NCBI GenBank assembly: GCA_963790475.1
Contig: CAWBOS010000010.1
Location: 1,440,001-1,504,000, forward strand
Length of the DNA: 64,000 bases
From: an uncultured delta proteobacterium
Lineage (GTDB): Bacteria > Desulfobacterota > RBG-13-43-22
Reading direction: 5' to 3'
Below are positions 39,217 to 47,582 of the stretch, piece by piece; position 1 is the first letter of the stretch; every line of letters starts with the position of its first letter. Position numbers and translations under genes: made by a program. Under the pieces are notes generated by a model. The model had not been told where the DNA came from. It saw only the letters and a program-made list of their open reading frames with translations, and searched no databases.

Positions 39217-40290
39217 TCATTCGGTGGGAATTTCATATTCAGAAGGAGATGGCGAAGGATATTCTACGAATTCCATAACCCTGTCAATCATTTGTTTAAC
39301 GGCCTCATTAGCATTTATTGGGATTATTTCTATGTGTGGGTGTTGTTTTGCAAATACCCGAAAAACTTCATCCGCAAAAGCTTGACCTATAGATTCAACG
39401 TCCCTAAAATCGAATAATACAGTTTTGAAGCGTTCTATTCTTATTAATAGCCGTTTCGCTTGGGATCTGGATATTAATTGTTCATTACCATATTGTGCCA
39501 ACCGAACAGGCACGATAGTTTTTGTAAACCCATATTCATTATCCGAAAATCTATTAAATACTTCTTTGGTTGTTCGTGCCGTATTATTTTTTAATTTCAT
39601 TGTTATATAAGTTCCATTTTGATATTCTGAATTTTGTAATATCCAATCTCCCTCCTTGTCATATGTATGCGAAAGAAAAACTTCACCCGATAAAATACTG
39701 TATTCATCGAACATGCGTGAAGTAAAAAAAATACCCTCTCCAGTATGACGAGCTGGATCAGTTGTCAATTTTCCTTTAGTCAATTCGATTATTGCGTGAC
39801 GCTCATCAAGAAGCCCCAACATGTTTTTAATTTTCGTAAAAATGCCTATTCCATCATCAAGTATATTCATTTTCGTAGAATGTGCGGTTTTAGAAATGAT
39901 AATTACAACACATGTCCCCCCAGAATGATCAATAACATTGTTAAACATTTCCGAAAAACCATAATGCCAAATATCGAGTGTATTCTCTGGCAACTGACCC
40001 AATCGTTGAACTATCTCATTTCTCCATATGACATCTTCTGCACGGTTGTCTTCAAGAGAAAACTTTGCTCTCCAAATTGATTGTGGGTGTAAAGTATAAC
40101 GAACTCCTTGCCCTTTTCCTTTTCGGTCTAAAACTTCTTGTTTTATAAGTTGTTGAATATGTTTATTTACTGCCTGTCGAGAAATATTAAATTCATTAGT
40201 AGTAAGATTAACTATATCTTTTGGATTTGCCTCGACATTTTCAAGAACAAATTCTCTTATTTTTTCACCACGTTTCCTTAATTTTGTCAT
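39217..40290 (-). CDS. Passenger: HTH + HATPase-like + STAS-like (DUF4325-type) protein
   Basis: N-terminal HTH (ISRQAVNKHI), EMFNNVIDHS, DDGIGIF, HTGEGIFFTSR, SRSQAKR and IGQAFADEVFRVF motifs. Confidence 0.8.
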   Translation of the reverse strand: MTKLRKRGEKIREFVLENVEANPKDIVNLTTNEFNISRQAVNKHIQQLIKQEVLDRKGKGQGVRYTLHPQSIWRAKFSLEDNRAEDVIWRNEIVQRLGQLPENTLDIWHYGFSEMFNNVIDHSGGTCVVIIISKTAHSTKMNILDDGIGIFTKIKNMLGLLDERHAIIELTKGKLTTDPARHTGEGIFFTSRMFDEYSILSGEVFLSHTYDKEGDWILQNSEYQNGTYITMKLKNNTARTTKEVFNRFSDNEYGFTKTIVPVRLAQYGNEQLISRSQAKRLLIRIERFKTVLFDFRDVESIGQAFADEVFRVFAKQHPHIEIIPINANEAVKQMIDRVMEFVEYPSPSPSEYEIPTE

Positions 40291-40313
40291 TTTAAAATCC
40301 TTAGAATCTATAA

Positions 40314-40367
40314 TTGACAACCTTTTTTGGAATAATTGTAAACCTTATGGTCTTATTTGTCAACCTT
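40314..40367 (-). promoter_or_regulatory. Promoter with three phased direct repeats (putative operator)
   Basis: Minus-strand TTGACA-N17-TACAAT (40363-40335); repeats TTGACAACCTT, TTGTAAACCTT and TTGTCAACCTT at 40314, 40336 and 40357. Confidence 0.65.
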
Positions 40368-40439
40368 TTGGTTTAAATTAATAGAAGAGCCGGGGAAGGG
40401 ATTGATAAACTATAGAATGGTTTTATGAGGTTATATATT

Positions 40440-40772
40440 TTAGAAAATTTTGTTTTTTTTGACTGATTTACTTTTTGCGTCCTGAACAATTGCCGCCCGT
40501 ACCGCTTTTTCTGGCGAATCTATTTTCCCCTGATGGAGTACCGCATAATATTTTCTCTTTTTTGATCCTTCAATCTCATGGGACCACGCGTAAGCTCGAT
40601 TTGCTGTAGGATGGTTTTGAAGGTCAAAAACCGCGACAATCCCTTCCCAAGCTGTATCGAGGCCAAATTTTTCCACCACTATTACATCCTCGATATAAGA
40701 AGCGCGGCAATTGTGTAATCGTTCAATGGCCCTTTGAAGGTCTTTATTGTTCTGTTGGATCTTCTTTTTCAT
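40440..40772 (-). CDS. Passenger: small hypothetical protein
   Basis: WEGIVAVFDL...RAYAWS...YAVLH...AVRAAI looks like a globular protein; overlaps the upstream passenger gene; start uncertain. Confidence 0.65.
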   Translation of the reverse strand: MKKKIQQNNKDLQRAIERLHNCRASYIEDVIVVEKFGLDTAWEGIVAVFDLQNHPTANRAYAWSHEIEGSKKRKYYAVLHQGKIDSPEKAVRAAIVQDAKSKSVKKNKIF

Positions 40773-41532
40773 CTTCAATGCTTTCTGGTAAATCCTCCTC
40801 ATTTTCCTGCAAAAATTTTATCAATTTCTTTATTGACTTAATAGTTGTCGGTTGTTCTCCAGAAATTATGATGCGTGCCTTTAACCCTCGCCCAATAGTA
40901 TAAGTTGCAATTTCCCTTTCATCGGGGGGCGCGGTTGTTGGCGCGAGTGTCGTTGTAGTTGGTGTTGTCGATATTGATGTGTTTGTACCTTGCATTGGTT
41001 TCTCCAGTGAAGGGACAGTTTCTACCGTCAAAGTATCCGAGTTCTTCAAGTTAGCAAAATCAATTGTTTTTTTAAAGTCAAGAAGAAAGCCATCCACCTT
41101 ATCAGCGTTAAATCCATAATCCTTTATCAGCCTTACTTTTAGGTTTTGATCTGACGGTAACTGTCCCTTACATTCATTAAATAATTTATCATAAAGTGTT
41201 GGATTTAAAGCTAATTTTTTTATTGTCTTAATATATATCTCGTCAGATGGCTCATGCAACGCTAAATATATCGCTTCATCTGTTAGTATGATATCCTTTT
41301 GTTTCTCATAAATCAAGCCAAATTGTTTCAAGGCAGAAAGCACCCTCCCACCGTAACCACCTATGGTTTTATAACCGAGATGTTCATAGACGACTTTTAA
41401 AGGCATGGGATTGTTAGTATCTTTATTCCACAGAATTTTTGCCTTTTGAATGGCTTCTTCAAGACTAATCATGGGATATCCGGGACTTCGTTTTCCCGCC
41501 TTGCGTTCCTTCTTTTCTTGATCGCTATTCAT
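40744..41532 (-). CDS. Passenger: hypothetical protein, probable winged-helix N-domain
   Basis: RSPGYPMISLEEAI and LSALKQFGLI segments; RBS GAGG before ATG 41532; Thr/Pro-rich linker. Confidence 0.7.
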   Translation of the reverse strand: MNSDQEKKERKAGKRSPGYPMISLEEAIQKAKILWNKDTNNPMPLKVVYEHLGYKTIGGYGGRVLSALKQFGLIYEKQKDIILTDEAIYLALHEPSDEIYIKTIKKLALNPTLYDKLFNECKGQLPSDQNLKVRLIKDYGFNADKVDGFLLDFKKTIDFANLKNSDTLTVETVPSLEKPMQGTNTSISTTPTTTTLAPTTAPPDEREIATYTIGRGLKARIIISGEQPTTIKSIKKLIKFLQENEEDLPESIEDEKEDPTEQ

Positions 41533-41566
41533 TTCCGCACCTCTCTTTTCTATTGTGTTGGTTGTA

Positions 41567-41595
41567 GTTATAGTCTGCCTGTTCCCGAAAGTCAA
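41567..41595 (-). promoter_or_regulatory. Sigma70 promoter for the passenger genes
   Basis: Minus-strand TTGACT-N17-TATAAC. Confidence 0.6.
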
Positions 41596-41642
41596 GAACA
41601 ATTTTTTACGAACAATAGGATTAAAATATATTAATTTTGTTC

Positions 41643-41669
41643 TTGACAAATGAATTAGAGTGGTATAAT
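41643..41669 (+). promoter_or_regulatory. Promoter for the structured leader and transposase
   Basis: TTGACA-N15-TATAAT with a perfect extended -10 (TGgTATAAT). Confidence 0.6.
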
Positions 41670-41829
41670 TTAGGATTAAAAGATTGAAATTTACTTGGGA
41701 GGGAATGAAATGAGAAGAAAATTAGCCCTTACTGGTCAATCAATCGCCGCCAGTAGGGGCCATAACGAGAAGACCCCAGGTCCGATCATCCTTGGCGGGA
41801 ATAGACTTGGGGTCATGGCGATTCTTAAT

Positions 41830-41898
41830 GGGGCGCGGACTGGTTCCCCTGGAGGCCCTTACAACCAACCAGGCGGGGTTCGACACTCCGGCGCTCCA
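41830..41898 (+). ncRNA. tRNA-like RNA module (acceptor stem with G3:U70, T-arm, no D-stem or anticodon arm)
   Basis: GGGGCGC/GCGCTCC plus discriminator A; T-arm CGGGG-TTCGACA-CTCCG directly adjacent; single central stem. Confidence 0.6.
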
Positions 41899-41967
41899 CT
41901 TAAAAAGTGTTTCAATAACATAACAGACTATTGAGGTTTTGTCAATAGGAGACTTTGAGACTTTGAG

Positions 41968-42783
41968 ATGAACAATTTAAAGACTGAAAAGCAGGAAATG
42001 ATTGTCCGAGGTCTGGTCGAGGGTGCTTCAATACGTAGCTTAGAACGGCTTACAGAGGTCCATAGAGATACTATTATGCGCCTTCTTGTTCGGGTTGGGG
42101 ATTCTTGCGAAAAAATCATGGATTCAACCATGAAAGGGTTAACCTGCAAAAACATAGAGGTTGACGAGATATGGTCTTTTGTCGGCAAGAAGCAACGGCA
42201 CGTTGGCTTAGATGATGATCCTTCTAAGGTAGGTGATTTTTATACCTTCGTGGCCCTTGATTCAGATACTAAACTGATCCCCGCTTATAGGGTTGGGAAA
42301 CGTGATCTTTTCAATGCCCAGGCTTTTATAGATGATTTGGCCTCTCGTCTTAAAAACCGAGTTCAATTAAGTTCAGATAAATTACCCGCCTATGTTGAAG
42401 CGATTGAATCAACCTTTGGGGCCGATATTGATTATGGGCAAATTGTAAAGTCCTACGAGGCCGAACCACTTGGACCAGGTAGATACAGTCCTCCAAGGGT
42501 CGTTTCCGTCCTAAAAGAGTATATTTCCGGTAGTCCTGATTGGAATAAGATATGTACTTCTTATATTGAAAGGTCAAACTTAACAATGAGGATGCAAATA
42601 CGCCGGTTTACCCGTTTAACCAATGCTTTTAGTAAGAAACTGGAAAATCTCAAGGCGGCGGTTGCCCTTCATTTCGCCCATTATAATTTTGTGAGGGTTC
42701 ACGGAACAATCAAGGTTACTCCTGCAATGGAGGCAGGAATCACGGACCATATCTGGTCAATCCGTGATCTCATTTCAAATTAG
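41968..42783 (+). CDS. IS1-family DDE transposase (single ORF)
   Basis: HTH (EGASIRSLERLT), EVDEIWSFV, SSD, TSYIERSNLTMR and TPAMEAG motifs; stop codon lies within the right TIR. Confidence 0.88.
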   Translation: MNNLKTEKQEMIVRGLVEGASIRSLERLTEVHRDTIMRLLVRVGDSCEKIMDSTMKGLTCKNIEVDEIWSFVGKKQRHVGLDDDPSKVGDFYTFVALDSDTKLIPAYRVGKRDLFNAQAFIDDLASRLKNRVQLSSDKLPAYVEAIESTFGADIDYGQIVKSYEAEPLGPGRYSPPRVVSVLKEYISGSPDWNKICTSYIERSNLTMRMQIRRFTRLTNAFSKKLENLKAAVALHFAHYNFVRVHGTIKVTPAMEAGITDHIWSIRDLISN

Positions 42784-42919
42784 GACACTACCGGGAGTCG
42801 GGGAGGCTTGACTCCAAATCGGTGAAGGCTTATACTTAAAAACAATGCACAACGCAATTTGCGCCCTGGACAGGATGGCGGTTTTCCCGTCTTAAGAAAC
42901 AAAGGTACGAGGTTAGACA

Positions 42920-43801
42920 ATGAATCGGAGGAATTTTCTCAAACTTTCGGGGTTCTTCATCTTCATGAACGGATTGTTGCCAAGAATTCTCTGGGCCAAG
43001 GAGCCAGCGGTTGTCGCGGTCGCCGAGGGCCAGGACTACGGATTGATTACCAGAAATGCCATCAAGGCCCTGGGAGGAATGAGCCGGTTTGTGAAGGCCG
43101 GCGATACGGTGGCCGTCAAGCCGAATATGGGCTGGGATAGGAAACCGGAACAAGCGGCCACCACCCACCCGGCCGTGGTCAGGGCCATCGTCGAGGAGTG
43201 CCTCAAGGCCGGGGCCAAGAAGGTCAAGGTCTTTGACAATCCCTGCAACGACATGAGAAGGAGCTACGAGAACAGCGGCATCCCCGCCGCATTGAAAGAT
43301 CTCAAGAACGTGGACGTCCGATATGTGGAAGAGGAACGTTATAAAAAGGTGAACCTCAAGGGGACATTCCTGAAAGAATGGGAGCTTTACGGTGAGGCCC
43401 TGAACGCGAACGTTCTCATAAATGTCCCCATTGCCAAACACCATTCCCTTACCGGCCTGACCTTGGGACTCAAGAACATGATGGGCATCATGGGGGGAGA
43501 TCGGGGGTTTATCCACCGGCAGATCGAAGATGCCCTGGCCGATGTGAACAGTGTGGTAAAGAGCCATCTGGTGGTGATCGATGCCACCCGCATTCTCACA
43601 GCCCATGGTCCTACGGGGGGCAGTCTAAGGGACGTGAAAATCGTCAACAAGGTGATCGCCTCGACCGATATCGTGGCGGCTGACGCTTATGCAACGGGTC
43701 TTTTCGGGCTCAAGCCTCAGGACATACCGATCACGGTTACCGCCTATAAAAGGGGGCTGGGTGAGATGAATCTGGATAAGGTGAAGATAATAAAGGCCTA
43801 A
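42920..43801 (+). CDS. Tat-exported DUF362 Fe-S protein
   Basis: NRRNFLK signal; VKPN, TTHP, INVPIAKHH, LGLKN and DIVAAD motifs. Confidence 0.85.
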   Translation: MNRRNFLKLSGFFIFMNGLLPRILWAKEPAVVAVAEGQDYGLITRNAIKALGGMSRFVKAGDTVAVKPNMGWDRKPEQAATTHPAVVRAIVEECLKAGAKKVKVFDNPCNDMRRSYENSGIPAALKDLKNVDVRYVEEERYKKVNLKGTFLKEWELYGEALNANVLINVPIAKHHSLTGLTLGLKNMMGIMGGDRGFIHRQIEDALADVNSVVKSHLVVIDATRILTAHGPTGGSLRDVKIVNKVIASTDIVAADAYATGLFGLKPQDIPITVTAYKRGLGEMNLDKVKIIKA

Positions 43802-43898
43802 CCAAACCTATTTGAAATTTTACTGTTACTCGTTACTCGTTGTTCTTTTTTCCAGTATCAATCCAACCCTACTTGCTTGATAGAGAGACCTTTGAAAA

Positions 43899-45398
43899 AT
43901 GAAGACCAGCTTGTCCCGCTATTTTCAGCTAGGCTTCCTGGCCATTTTTCTCTTCCTCTTTGTAACCACCGACTACCGGGGTAAGGACGAGATCTCTGTA
44001 GCCCTTAACGCCTTCTTCCGGGCCGATGCCCTGGTCGCGGTGAGCTATTTTTTGTCGGCCAAAACATTTACGCTCCTTCTCTTACCCGGCCTTTTGGTTC
44101 TCCTGTTCTCTCTCCTCCTGGGCCGGTTTTTTTGCGGATGGATCTGCCCCCTGGGTACGGTCATAGACCTGGTCACTGATCGGATAAAAAAGGGACGCCC
44201 ACTCGCCTTTCTTAAGGGCAAGCTAAAATATTATTTGCTCTTCACCCTCCTCTTTGCCGCCCTTTTCAACATGAACCTTTCCGGTCTCTTTGATCCCATG
44301 GCCATCCTCGTCCGCTTCCTGACCTTCTCATTTTATCCGCTCTTTGGTTTTCTGGCCAGAGAAGGATGGGTAGGGCTATATCGGATTCTCGGGGATTCGA
44401 GGGATTACCTGGATCCGGGCTATAACTTCCTTAAAAGCTACCTGCTCCCTTTTCGGGAGACCTTCTACCCCCTGGCCTTCATCTCGCTCATCTTCCTGGC
44501 CATCGTTCTGGTATTGGAAAGGTTCGAGCGGAGAAACTGGTGCCGGAACCTCTGTCCTCTGGGCACGCTCCTGGGGCTTCTGGGCCGCTTCTCCATGTTC
44601 CGAAGGCTTCCGGCCAGGCTCTGCGCCGACTGCGGCGACTGCCGGACCCATTGTCCCACCGCTTTCGATGAGGAGATATTACAGAAACCCGACTGTATCC
44701 TCTGCCTTGACTGTCAGAGGAAATGTGCCTATCAGCGCGTGAGCTTCCGCCTTTCCCTGAAGACCGGGAAAGAGCCCCTTTTCTCCCCCGGCCGAAGGGT
44801 TTTTTTGACCGGGATTGTTTCGGGGCTTTTTGCCTCACAGATCTTTACGGTCGTTTCGGCTGAGAGGCAGACACGCCTATTGCGTCCTCCGGGCGTCGGG
44901 AATGAGGAGGACTTTTTGAAAAGGTGTGCAAGGTGCGGTGAGTGTATGAAGGTCTGCCTGAAGAGCGCCCTTTATCCCGCCTCCTTCCAGGCAGGTCCGT
45001 ATGGTTTTTACTCGCCGGTCCTCCAACCCCGCCTCGGCTACTGCGAATACAACTGCAGCCTCTGCGGCCAGGTGTGTCCCACGGGGGCCATACCGAAGCT
45101 GCCTCTGGCGATCAAAAAAAAGGCGGTCATCGGATTGGCCGTTTTCGATAAGAATCACTGCCTGCCTTATGCCAAGAAGATGAACTGCATGGTCTGCGAG
45201 GAACACTGTCCCATTCCCGACAAGGCGATCCGGTTCGAGTCTGTTGAAGAAGCCGACTATAACGGAAAACGGATCACCCTTAAGAAACCCTACGTGGTCG
45301 ACGAGTTGTGCATCGGGTGTGGTATTTGTGAATACGTCTGCCCACTGGAAGAAAAGGCCGGGGTAGAGGTTTTTAAGATGGCCAAGAAAAAACGGTAG
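43899..45398 (+). CDS. Membrane polyferredoxin (NapH/MauN-like fused to NapG/MauM-like)
   Basis: GRFFCGWICPLG, WCRNLCPLG and LRPPG motifs; multiple CxxCxxCxxxCP. Confidence 0.85.
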   Translation: MKTSLSRYFQLGFLAIFLFLFVTTDYRGKDEISVALNAFFRADALVAVSYFLSAKTFTLLLLPGLLVLLFSLLLGRFFCGWICPLGTVIDLVTDRIKKGRPLAFLKGKLKYYLLFTLLFAALFNMNLSGLFDPMAILVRFLTFSFYPLFGFLAREGWVGLYRILGDSRDYLDPGYNFLKSYLLPFRETFYPLAFISLIFLAIVLVLERFERRNWCRNLCPLGTLLGLLGRFSMFRRLPARLCADCGDCRTHCPTAFDEEILQKPDCILCLDCQRKCAYQRVSFRLSLKTGKEPLFSPGRRVFLTGIVSGLFASQIFTVVSAERQTRLLRPPGVGNEEDFLKRCARCGECMKVCLKSALYPASFQAGPYGFYSPVLQPRLGYCEYNCSLCGQVCPTGAIPKLPLAIKKKAVIGLAVFDKNHCLPYAKKMNCMVCEEHCPIPDKAIRFESVEEADYNGKRITLKKPYVVDELCIGCGICEYVCPLEEKAGVEVFKMAKKKR

Positions 45399-45502
45399 GA
45401 CAAAAGGACCAATGGCTGATCATCCCCTTGACAGCTATGAAAAGAAGGCTGACATTCCGGAGTGTAGTGTTAGATAAAACGAATAACGATTTTGGAGGTA
45501 CT

Positions 45503-46648
45503 ATGAAAAAGACGGATGAGGAACGTTCAGTAAACCGGAGAGATTTACTGAAGATCGGGGTGGCCGGGGCGGCGACCCTGGGTCTTACGGGCGTAGGAAA
45601 TCTCTTCGGGGCCGAACCGGCCGCTACGCTTGCCTTTCGCACGCTGGGCCGAACCGGGCTAAAGGTCACCAGCCTCAGCTTCGGGGCCATGCTCACGCCG
45701 GAGTCCGAGGTGATAAGAGCCGGTCTCGATATGGGCATCAACTATGTGGATACGGCCCGGCGGTATCTGAACGGAAGAAGCGAAGAGGTTGTCTCCAGGG
45801 CCCTGAAGGGAATACGCGACAAAGTAGTCGTGGCCACGAAAACCCAGCCGGGCTCAAACACCAGGGAGGCCATCATGAAGGACGTGGAGACCAGCCTGGT
45901 GCATCTCCAGACCGACCATATCGACGTGATCCAACTCCACAGTCTTCAAAGTCCCCAACGGGCCTTCATCCCCGAGGTACGAGAGGCTTACGTCAGACTC
46001 AGAGAACAGGGGAAAGTCCGTTTCTTCGGCGTTACCACCCATACCAACCAGGCCGAGGTCATCGACGGGGTGGTGAACGACCCGGAGAAGTTTTTCGATA
46101 CCGTCCTGGTGGACTATAATTTCAAGTCGGACCCATCCGTAAAAGCGGCCATCGCCAGGGCCAAGGCGGCGGGAATCGGCGTGATCGCCATGAAAGTTCA
46201 AACAGGCCATTATAAGACGGACGTACCCGGAGACGCGGCCATCCACCAGGCGGCTTTGAAGTGGGTGCTTGACGACACCAACGTCGCTACGGCCATCGCC
46301 GGGATGAAAACCCTGGAGCACATCAAGGAACTGATGCCGGTTATGGGGACGAAGGTTACCGGCGCCGATGAGCGCATCCTGGCCAGATACGGAAAGGCCA
46401 TCGATTCTTACTACTGCCGGCGTTGCGGGCAGTGCCAGAACACCTGCCCCCAAGGGGTAGATATAAGCTCGGTGAACCGGGCACTCATGTATGCCGAGGG
46501 CTATAAGGAATTCGAACTTGCCAAGGCCACCTTCGATGAGGTATCCGGGGCCGCTCTATGTTCGACCTGCCCTGAATGTGTTGCCCGGTGCGTGAACGGT
46601 TTGAACATCGCCGAAAAGATGCGTCAGGCCGGGAGCCTATTGGCATGA
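45503..46648 (+). CDS. Tat-exported aldo/keto reductase with C-terminal 4Fe-4S domain
   Basis: NRRDLLK signal; RTLGRTG, DTARRY, VATK and CRRCGQCQNTCP motifs. Confidence 0.87.
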   Translation: MKKTDEERSVNRRDLLKIGVAGAATLGLTGVGNLFGAEPAATLAFRTLGRTGLKVTSLSFGAMLTPESEVIRAGLDMGINYVDTARRYLNGRSEEVVSRALKGIRDKVVVATKTQPGSNTREAIMKDVETSLVHLQTDHIDVIQLHSLQSPQRAFIPEVREAYVRLREQGKVRFFGVTTHTNQAEVIDGVVNDPEKFFDTVLVDYNFKSDPSVKAAIARAKAAGIGVIAMKVQTGHYKTDVPGDAAIHQAALKWVLDDTNVATAIAGMKTLEHIKELMPVMGTKVTGADERILARYGKAIDSYYCRRCGQCQNTCPQGVDISSVNRALMYAEGYKEFELAKATFDEVSGAALCSTCPECVARCVNGLNIAEKMRQAGSLLA

Positions 46649-47571
46649 CCCGTTATGTTCTAGTCTCCATTCTTTGCACGGCGGTCGCGCTGTCTGCCTT
46701 CTCTCCGCCGTCAGCGGCTGCCCAGAAGCTCGAGGGTTTCCTCCCGGCGAGTTGTGTTCCCGGTTGGGCTATGGAGGGCCAGGTGGCGGCTTATACCCCG
46801 GAGAACCTTTACCGGTATATCGATGGGGAAGCCGAGATCTATTTGCCCTACGGCTTCAAGAAGGCAGTGACCGTGAGATACGTAAAAACCGATACTCCCA
46901 CAGCCGGCCCCCAAGATAAGGGGATGGTAGTCAATATCTTCGAGATGGGGTCGCTGCTGGACGCCTTTGGCATCTATGCGAACTACCGTAGTTCAACGCT
47001 GCCGCAATTGAAGGTGGGCGCGGAAGGTTTTCTCGATGAAACAGAACTGATGTTCTATCGGGACCGTTACTTCGTTCAGGTCGAGTCCTCGGGGTCGCTC
47101 ACCCAGGAAGCGGGTCTGTTTCAATCCTGCGCCGAAACCGTCTCCGGAAACCTTCCCCAAGGGGGGGAAAAGCCCCGGGAAATCGGGCTTCTCAACGTGT
47201 CCGGCGCCGTTGCCCTCACCGAAAAATATTATCCCCGGGGGCTGCTCGGCCACGGCTTCTTCGGAAGGGGTCTCACCGTGGAGGTGACGATCAAGGGGGA
47301 GCCGGCCAAGGCCCTGGTCATACTGGCCGGGTCAGAGGAGGCGGCCGGGCGGATCTTTGACGAATACAGGAAATATCTCGAGGAGGCCAAGGTTATACCC
47401 CAAATCTCCGGCGATAAAAAAGGGACCTCTCTCCGGGTGATCGATCCCCTTTACAAGGGTACGGTTTTGCACCAGTCGGGTTCGTTTGTGGTGGGCGTCG
47501 TGGGCCTCAGGGAACCCCATGAAGGGGATGGCATCGTCTCTCAACTCTTGGAGCGGCTGCCCGGCAGGTAG
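46645..47571 (+). CDS. Exported conserved protein (DUF6599-like)
   Basis: Signal peptide; LYRYIDGEAE and DAFGIY motifs; ATGA overlap with the AKR gene. Confidence 0.7.
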   Translation: MTRYVLVSILCTAVALSAFSPPSAAAQKLEGFLPASCVPGWAMEGQVAAYTPENLYRYIDGEAEIYLPYGFKKAVTVRYVKTDTPTAGPQDKGMVVNIFEMGSLLDAFGIYANYRSSTLPQLKVGAEGFLDETELMFYRDRYFVQVESSGSLTQEAGLFQSCAETVSGNLPQGGEKPREIGLLNVSGAVALTEKYYPRGLLGHGFFGRGLTVEVTIKGEPAKALVILAGSEEAAGRIFDEYRKYLEEAKVIPQISGDKKGTSLRVIDPLYKGTVLHQSGSFVVGVVGLREPHEGDGIVSQLLERLPGR

Positions 47572-47582
47572 GCCTGGCCGAA

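Larger units (their letters stand above)
39177..42792 (+). mobile_element. IS1-family cargo-carrying transposon (tIS-like), 3616 bp
   Basis: Perfect 19-bp TIRs GGTAGTGTCCTAATTTGAA (39177-39195 / 42774-42792); 8-bp TSD GGGAGTCG (39169-39176 / 42793-42800); one transposase; visibly AT-rich interior. Confidence 0.92.

Noticed and set aside
41830-41898. Canonical tRNA gene or tmRNA (ssrA)
   Set aside because: No D-stem or 7-nt anticodon loop, and no mRNA-like domain; reported as a tRNA-like module instead
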